From the NCBI GenBank assembly GCA_039961715.1, contig JABRVW010000067.1, forward strand, positions 18,396-82,395: DNA of 64,000 bases. Direction: 5' to 3'. The position numbers and the translations under genes were made by a program. Below are positions 59,271 to 64,000 of this stretch, one piece after another; the first letter of the stretch is position 1, and every line of letters starts with the position of its first letter. Source of the DNA: Ignavibacterium sp. GTDB taxonomy: Bacteria > Bacteroidota > Ignavibacteria > UBA10030. A model generated the notes under the pieces. That model was not told the origin of the DNA. It saw nothing but the letters and a program-made list of their open reading frames with translations, and made no database searches.

Positions 59271-60047
59271 CTACCAGCTCCCGCCCGGAGCCATTTTGTA
59301 TACTTGCTGAAGGTCCGCCACAATCTGCCGAAGGTATTCGGCGTGGTTTCCCGTTCTTCCTCCGTACTCCGGCTTGCACGAAAGGTCATATGAAGCGCCG
59401 TTGACACGTACAGGAGGACGAAGGCCGGCGGATTCGAGCGTCGGAACGACGCTCTTCAGCCAAGCGTCCATCAGTTCCGAATCCGGACGGACAACGCCGT
59501 CGTCGATGAGCTTTTTCGCATCGTGGACCGGCTCAAACAGACCGAGAGCCTGAGGAAATGCCGTATCCACCGCGGCCTGCATTCTGCGGTGGCTTTCCCC
59601 CGTGGCATTCCCAAGCCGTTCCACCAGCCCTTTGCTGTGCATCAGATGATAGGCCTCTTCGGCGAGGATCTTTTCGGAAAGATCGCGCAAGGGTCCAAAA
59701 CTGCTTCCAGCATGTGATTGCATTCTGACCAGTTCCGCCTCGTCGTACAAGTACTGCCTCACCACCGTGTAAGCGAAATCCCCCTTTGGGTAGGTCACAA
59801 ACCGACAGCATGAAAAGTCCTTCCAGGGCCGTTCGAACGCCATGGCATCCGGGTTTTTTCCGCCCAGCTCCTGGGCGAGCGTGTAGAGTGCGAGGGCATG
59901 ACCGATCTCATCCTGGGCAATGTTCGAGAAGGCAATGTCTTCCTCCAGGATCGGCGCGTAGCCGGTCCATTCGGAGTCGCGGTGGCCGAGGATGAGCTCA
60001 TCGTCGGCGAGAGCGGTTAAATACGATATAAGGGCGGAGTCCGACAA
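59271..60047 (-). CDS. paaC: Phenylacetyl-CoA epoxidase subunit PaaC-like
   Basis: LADDELILGHRDSEWTGYAPILEEDIAFSNIAQDEIGHA matches the PaaC N-terminal pattern. TTG start. Confidence 0.85.
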   Translation of the reverse strand: MSDSALISYLTALADDELILGHRDSEWTGYAPILEEDIAFSNIAQDEIGHALALYTLAQELGGKNPDAMAFERPWKDFSCCRFVTYPKGDFAYTVVRQYLYDEAELVRMQSHAGSSFGPLRDLSEKILAEEAYHLMHSKGLVERLGNATGESHRRMQAAVDTAFPQALGLFEPVHDAKKLIDDGVVRPDSELMDAWLKSVVPTLESAGLRPPVRVNGASYDLSCKPEYGGRTGNHAEYLRQIVADLQQVYKMAPGGSW

Positions 60048-60086
60048 ATTCTAATAGTGGAAGCACGACATCTATGGAAAGCCGAC

Positions 60087-60207
60087 ATTCGAATACCGAA
60101 ATACGAAACAAGTCCGAAGCACGAAAATCGAAAGGTGCCTGTCCTCTGGTTTCGAATTTATGATTTTGAATTTGTTTCGTGCTTCGGATTTCGGATTTCG
60201 AATTTCC
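60087..60207. repeat. Long imperfect palindrome of CGAAAT / ATTTCG degenerate units (paaC-paaB spacer)
   Basis: Left arm is CGAAA-type, right arm TTTCG-type. A perfect 13-bp inverted pair CCGAAGCACGAAA (60114-60126) / TTTCGTGCTTCGG (60175-60187), plus an inner TCGAAA/TTTCGA pair. Confidence 0.75.
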
Positions 60208-60212
60208 TCCAG

Positions 60213-60488
60213 CTATTCCTTCTCTGGCGCGTCGAAGGCCTTCGGATCCCGGTAACTCTTGTCGAACGCCCGGGCAAAGAAATTCGGGTCCTGATAGTCC
60301 GTTTGGGCGATATCCTTCGATCTCACGACCCACAGACTCACGCATTCCAGCCGGCGTGCGAACTGGTCCCGTGCCATCTGCAGGGCCATCTGAGGATCAG
60401 GTGCGTGCACCGAGCCCACATGCTCATGCGGCCTCCCACGGCGGGACTGATGGAAGACCTCGTATGTTTCCCACTGAGTGTCAGTCAT
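60213..60488 (-). CDS. paaB: Phenylacetyl-CoA epoxidase subunit PaaB
   Basis: Start re-picked to MTDTQWETYEVFHQSRRGRPHEHVGSVHA; 91 aa, PaaB-like throughout. Confidence 0.9.
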   Translation of the reverse strand: MTDTQWETYEVFHQSRRGRPHEHVGSVHAPDPQMALQMARDQFARRLECVSLWVVRSKDIAQTDYQDPNFFARAFDKSYRDPKAFDAPEKE

Positions 60489-60504
60489 AGAAAGACCTGG
60501 AAAA

Positions 60505-60661
60505 GCACGAAATCCTGAACAAATCCGAAGCTCGAAATCCAAAATCCGAAACAAATCCAAAATACGAAGGACGAAATTCGAAAGTACGAGTTCCTAGTTT
60601 CTGATTTCGAATTCAGCAATTCGCATTTGTTTCGATATTCGGATTTCGTATTTCGGATTTC
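60505..60661. repeat. Long imperfect palindrome of CGAAAT / ATTTCG degenerate units (paaA-paaB spacer, extending into the paaA 3' end)
   Basis: Three collinear complementary blocks: 60533-60540 with 60641-60648, 60547-60556 with 60625-60634, and 60576-60583 with 60605-60612. Confidence 0.75.
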
Positions 60662-61578
60662 TCTCTGGTTCCTCCAACAGCCAACGCTTCCCTCACCCAT
60701 CGCCCTTCCTCGTGTGCCTTCTTCCGCGCGGCGATGCGCTCTTTGTTCATCGGTCCGTCGCCGTTGACCACGCGTTTCAGCTCCTCCCAGTCGGGAGGCG
60801 TAAACTTGTAATGTCCGGTTGCTTCGTCGTACCGGCATTCCGGATCGGGCACATCAAGTCCGAGGGCGCGGATTTGCGGAACGATATGGTCCACGAATTC
60901 CTGGCGCACCTGATCGTTGGTCTTGGTCTTGATCCGCCATCTCATGGCGCGCGCCGTGTGCTCAGACATCGAATCCGGCGGACCGGACATCATGAGCGTG
61001 GGGTACCACCAGCGGTTGATGGCATCCTGTGCCATGGCTTTCTGTTCCGGCGTTCCTTTGGCCAAGGCCACCACGGCGTCATAGCCTTGCTTGATGTGGA
61101 AGGACTCTTCGTAGCAGATGCGTTTCATGGCGCGCGCGTACGGACCATAGGAACCCTGCGCGAGCATGCTCTGGTTGATCACCGCGGCGGTATCCACGAG
61201 CCATCCGATCACGCCCACATCGGCCCACGTGGGTGTGGGATAGTTGAAGACGTTGGAGTATTTGGCCTTTCCGGACAACAGTTCCTCCATCATCTCTTCG
61301 CGGGTCTTTCCCAGCGTTTCCGCTGCGCGATAGAGCAGTTGTCCGTGCCCCGCCTCGTCCTGCACCTTGGCGATCAGCGTGAGCTTTCGTCTGAATCCCG
61401 GCGCATAGGGAATCCATTTGCCTTCCGGCAGTTGTCCCACGATCTCGCTGTGGGCATGCTGGCCGATCATGCGAATGAGGTTCTTTCGGTATTCTTCCGG
61501 CATCCAGTCGCCGGGCTCCACCTTGTCGCCTCTGGCTACGCGGGCCTCGAATTCGGCAAGTTTCTGCTCATCGGTCAT
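60613..61578 (-). CDS. paaA: Phenylacetyl-CoA epoxidase catalytic subunit PaaA (di-iron, ferritin-like)
   Basis: The ATG at 61578 ([14 protein letters not shown]...[28 protein letters not shown]) aligns with the E. coli PaaA N-terminus as I recall it. The last 15 or so codons lie in the repeat. Confidence 0.93.
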   Translation of the reverse strand: MTDEQKLAEFEARVARGDKVEPGDWMPEEYRKNLIRMIGQHAHSEIVGQLPEGKWIPYAPGFRRKLTLIAKVQDEAGHGQLLYRAAETLGKTREEMMEELLSGKAKYSNVFNYPTPTWADVGVIGWLVDTAAVINQSMLAQGSYGPYARAMKRICYEESFHIKQGYDAVVALAKGTPEQKAMAQDAINRWWYPTLMMSGPPDSMSEHTARAMRWRIKTKTNDQVRQEFVDHIVPQIRALGLDVPDPECRYDEATGHYKFTPPDWEELKRVVNGDGPMNKERIAARKKAHEEGRWVREALAVGGTREKSEIRNPNIETNANC

Positions 61579-61670
61579 TCTGCCACCGTTTGTTGATTCC
61601 ACATTCACTTGTATAAAGATAACATTTTTCCGCTATCGATGAAACACATCTTGACCGGTGCTGAAGCCGA

Positions 61671-61819
61671 TATTCGATGAGAGTTGTTTGGAGATTGTTC
61701 ATTGGTAATTGAAAGCTGTTTGAGATTTGGGATTTCGAACTTGGGCCTTTCTCTCGGACCTTGATTCCTTGGATATTGGGATTTGTTCAGCATTTTGTGT
61801 TTGGAACCTGGATTTTTTT
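61671..61819. repeat. T/G-rich degenerate TTGG/GATTT repeat arm (left)
   Basis: Contains ATTTGGGATTTCGAACTTGG (61725-61744). Ends GGAACCTGG + A + 7 T (61803-61819). Confidence 0.7.
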
Positions 61820-62020
61820 GGGCGTTCCCCTTCGTCCGCCATCCGGGGTAGAGCAATGAGGCGGACTCAGGGTCGGTGCCCTACGGGGTCCGTTTCACTT
61901 CCGTGCTCCCTGATCATAGTGATGGGATAGTTGGTCGCACCGGCTCGCCGAAGGCTCGCCGCCCTTCGGGCACCTAACGCGCGAAACGTCACCGTTCGGT
62001 GTAGTCGTCCGGTCGACCGG
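61820..62020. other. GC-rich hairpin-dense core: candidate structured RNA or small inserted element (strand unknown)
   Basis: Hairpins: GTCCGCC/GGCGGAC (61834-61840 with 61860-61866), TCAGGG/CCCTGA (61867-61872 with 61908-61913), GCCC-TTC-GGGC (61961-61971), CACC-GTTC-GGTG (61990-62001), and the palindrome CCGGTCGACCGG (62009-62020). Direct repeat GGCTCGCC GAA GGCTCGCC (61942-61960). No convincing ORF. Confidence 0.3.
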
Positions 62021-62107
62021 CTTGGAATTAGGATTTTCCTTTCCTCCCTTGCCTGCATTTGGTCTTTGGAAATTGGAACTTATTTGGGATTTGGAACTTG
62101 GTTTTTT
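62021..62107. repeat. T/G-rich degenerate TTGG/GATTT repeat arm (right)
   Basis: Contains ATTTGGGATTTGGAACTTGG (62082-62101), 19/20 identical to the left-arm copy. Ends GGAACTTGG + 6 T. Confidence 0.7.
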
Positions 62108-62283
62108 CCTCCCCCCTTCCCACCTCATTCGGGAGTTTGCGTTCACAATTCGTTATTCGGCATTGTTTGGTCTATGCTATCACCTCCGTTTGCATTTTTG
62201 CCTCTCCTCCCCTACCTTCCCTTGCCAGCCCATGTCCCAACCCGGGATGTCCGGAAGAAAGCACACAAATCTGAGGCTCTGGA

Positions 62284-62967
62284 ATGACAGCCAACACGAT
62301 CCAGGCACGACAACTGTTGTTTGCCGCGCAAGTGATTCTGGCTGGTGTGATTCTTTCAGGGCCGGTTGCTGTCGCCGTCGTTGAATTCCTCGCCCCACAG
62401 CCCGCCTGGCAGGATGCAACCACCCTCATCAGCCACTACTCCTGGATCCAGTCGTCGCCGTACGTGTTCGGTTTTCTGATCGCCGTCGGGTTTCTGTTTC
62501 TGATGTCCGTGCTTGTTGATGTGGCATTGGATGCTCACCGGCCACTTGCCCGCGCGGCGCTGGCCTTCACGGCCGTCTCCGCGTCCTTGATCTTCTTCAA
62601 CTACACACTGCAAACCGCATTCGTCCCTCTCTGGCTTCACCGTTCTCCTTCAGCAGTTTCCATGGTAACCATGGCCAATCCTGACTCCCTCGGATGGTCG
62701 CTTGAGATGTACGGCTACGGCCTTCTCGGCATCGCCACGGCATGCGCGGCTCCCGTTTTCGAGCCGCAGGGACGGCGGCGACTGATCCGGCTGTTCCTGA
62801 TCCTGAACTGCATACTGAGCGTCATCGGTGCGGTCCTGGTTCCGATCATTCCGGGCTGGGTGCTGACGCCATGGGGCATGGTCGCCGGCGCGTTCTGGAA
62901 CATCTTGATCGCGGTCACCATGATCATGATCATGGTTGAATTCAGGCAACAGCATACAACCGGATAA
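62284..62967 (+). CDS. Hypothetical polytopic membrane protein
   Basis: 227 aa with about six hydrophobic helices. I recognise no family. Confidence 0.6.
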   Translation: MTANTIQARQLLFAAQVILAGVILSGPVAVAVVEFLAPQPAWQDATTLISHYSWIQSSPYVFGFLIAVGFLFLMSVLVDVALDAHRPLARAALAFTAVSASLIFFNYTLQTAFVPLWLHRSPSAVSMVTMANPDSLGWSLEMYGYGLLGIATACAAPVFEPQGRRRLIRLFLILNCILSVIGAVLVPIIPGWVLTPWGMVAGAFWNILIAVTMIMIMVEFRQQHTTG

Positions 62968-63196
62968 CAAGTGGAATATACCATGTCCAAACATCCCATT
63001 TTTACGGATGGAGAACGTTGCGGATCCGGTGATGCGGAAGATATGGTATCTGGACAAACTGCTCAATGAGCTGACGAAGGGGAATACATTCGAGAAGATT
63101 ATGAGACAGGATCGGGTCAAGCAATAGATAGGACCCTCGATTCGGAGCATCGGTGAAAGTGTCTCCTTGTTTTCAGACATCATAATGGGGGGTTGT

Positions 63197-64000
63197 ATGA
63201 AGAAAAAGCGGGGGTTATTCGAAGTGTTCAATGAGGAATTGCGGTTACGGAACTACAGTCCGAAGACCATCAAGGCGTACGCAAGCAATCTGAGAGCCTT
63301 TGTCCGACACTTTTCTCCGCGTCATCCCCGGGAATTGACCGGGGAGGACATCAGGCGTTATTTACTCTACTTGATTGCAGAGAAGAAACATTCCTCGGGA
63401 ACGGTAAATCAGGTTTATAATTCGCTGAAGTTTCTTTACGAGGGTTTGTATGATCGGGAATTCATGTTCGAGAGACTTCCGCGGCCCTTCGGGGAGCAAA
63501 AACTTCCGGATGTTCTTAGCTATGAGGAGGTTTTGAGGATTCTCCGGCAGGTGGTCAATCTCAAGCATCGGATCATGCTGATGCTTGCCTATGCGGCCGG
63601 GTTGCGTGTAGGGGAACTGGTTCAATTGAAGGTTGAGGATCTGGACCCCGAGCGCGGTCTGATACATGTCAGAGGCGGAAAGGGAAGAAAGGATCGGTAC
63701 ACAATTCTGCCGAAGATCATTCTGCCGCTGTTACATGAATATGTCATGGAATATCGCATAGGACCATCGGGTTGGCTATTCCCTTCGGGTTGGAAGGCAT
63801 CACGACACCTGGCGATCAGGAGCATTCAGGCGGTTTTTGAAGAAGCGGTCAAGAGTGCAGGAATTCAGAAGCGGGCAACGATGCACACATTAAGGCACTC
63901 GTTCGCGACGCATTTGCTTGAGAGCGGGACGGATTTGAGGTACATTCAGGAGCTTTTGGGGCATCAGAGTTCGCGGACCACCGAGATCTACACGCACGTG
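63197..64000 (+). CDS. Tyrosine-type site-specific recombinase/integrase (3' end outside window)
   Basis: Not in the ORF track because it runs off the window. ATG at 63197. N-terminal SAM-like core-binding domain (LRLRNYSPKTIKAYASNLRAFVRHF). Catalytic residues: AGLRVGEL (Arg), HTLRHSFATHLL (His-x-x-Arg), LLGH, and EIYTHV (Tyr) at the very edge. Confidence 0.85.
   Translation, partial: MKKKRGLFEVFNEELRLRNYSPKTIKAYASNLRAFVRHFSPRHPRELTGEDIRRYLLYLIAEKKHSSGTVNQVYNSLKFLYEGLYDREFMFERLPRPFGEQKLPDVLSYEEVLRILRQVVNLKHRIMLMLAYAAGLRVGELVQLKVEDLDPERGLIHVRGGKGRKDRYTILPKIILPLLHEYVMEYRIGPSGWLFPSGWKASRHLAIRSIQAVFEEAVKSAGIQKRATMHTLRHSFATHLLESGTDLRYIQELLGHQSSRTTEIYTHV

Noticed and set aside
58720-60661. Possibility that the tandem heptamers or repeat blocks are a CRISPR array.
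   Set aside because: The units are 7 nt or degenerate 6-8 nt with no unique spacers. The arms are inverted rather than direct. No cas genes are present in the window.
31088-61596. Further large shadow ORFs: 31088-32185, 55308-56207, 57816-58835, 60712-61596, 41065-41961 and 42253-43011.
   Set aside because: Same reasoning. Each is antisense to a well-supported gene (porV, purK, sua5, paaA, TPR protein, glyA) and has no recognisable motif.
61820-62020. Known RNA genes in the GC-rich core: tRNA, tmRNA, RNase P RNA, SRP/4.5S RNA, 6S RNA, and the ZTP, TPP and cobalamin riboswitches.
   Set aside because: The hallmark motifs are absent on both strands: GGTTCGAATCC-type T-arm, GGAAAGTCCGGGC, GGAAGCAGC and CCGCCTGGGC. 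The ends of the core are not mutually complementary, as a 6S-type rod would require. The core remains an unassigned candidate only.
62936-63127. 63-aa ORF (and a 28-aa ORF in another frame) upstream of the recombinase, as a possible excisionase or regulator.
   Set aside because: It has no HTH or other motif and no convincing RBS. It partly overlaps the end of the membrane-protein gene.
63197-64000. Integron integrase, with the paa-operon palindromes as attC sites.
   Set aside because: The region between the core-binding and catalytic motifs (EYRIGPSGWLFPSGWKASRHLAIRS) is short. It lacks the extra domain that is characteristic of IntI. The palindromes are low-complexity repeats without attC-type R/L boxes, and the adjacent gene is not cassette-oriented.

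Overview
GC-rich, very gene-dense chromosomal segment with about 55 credible CDS and almost no spacer DNA. It comes from a Gram-negative bacterium with a type IX secretion system (T9SS), so an FCB-group organism (Bacteroidota / Ignavibacteriota / Rhodothermota-like); the taxon is inference only. I saw no rRNA, tRNA, CRISPR array, cas genes, phage genes or recognisable defence genes.

Gene order:
- S9 peptidase 3' end, aldehyde dehydrogenase, an orphan 568-aa Rossmann protein.
- A MacAB/TolC-type efflux operon, CCA enzyme, Gfo/Idh/MocA oxidoreductase, T9SS Plug-like (DUF5103) protein, HAD hydrolase, class I aldolase, RlmI.
- An outer-membrane (OM) barrel, an ECF sigma / anti-sigma / DUF4097 module, a small OM protein, uvrA.
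- A six-gene porU-porV-led envelope operon.
- glgA-gmhB, a lipoprotein / OM barrel / TPR trio, rpiB, glyA, tatC, polyprenyl synthase, USP, a cNMP-binding protein, ilvE.
- A GNAT / alpha-oxoamine synthase / epimerase-family trio.
- PiT plus DUF47, GTP-PEPCK, a zinc-ribbon membrane protein, purK-purE, larB, sua5/tsaC, paaDCBA.
- A 705-nt non-coding region, a membrane protein, and a 3'-truncated tyrosine recombinase at the window edge.

Most interesting, in my order:
1. The porU-porV operon continues into four translationally coupled genes. These encode a CTD-bearing M6-like pseudo-peptidase, a lipoprotein, a peptidase-PD40-Omp85 fusion and a DUF5683-like protein. Together they look like an undescribed T9SS accessory module.
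2. A GNAT + serine-palmitoyltransferase-like + epimerase-family trio fits the bacterial ceramide pathway.
3. A dispersed family of GATTT-core low-complexity repeats forms long imperfect palindromes inside the paa operon, a phased heptamer array, and direct repeats around two loci.
4. A 200-nt GC-rich, hairpin-dense core is bracketed by two such repeat arms.

All functional calls rest on reading motifs in the supplied translations. No database search was possible. Many start codons were re-picked by hand, because the ORF track reports the longest ORF and renders GTG/TTG as M.
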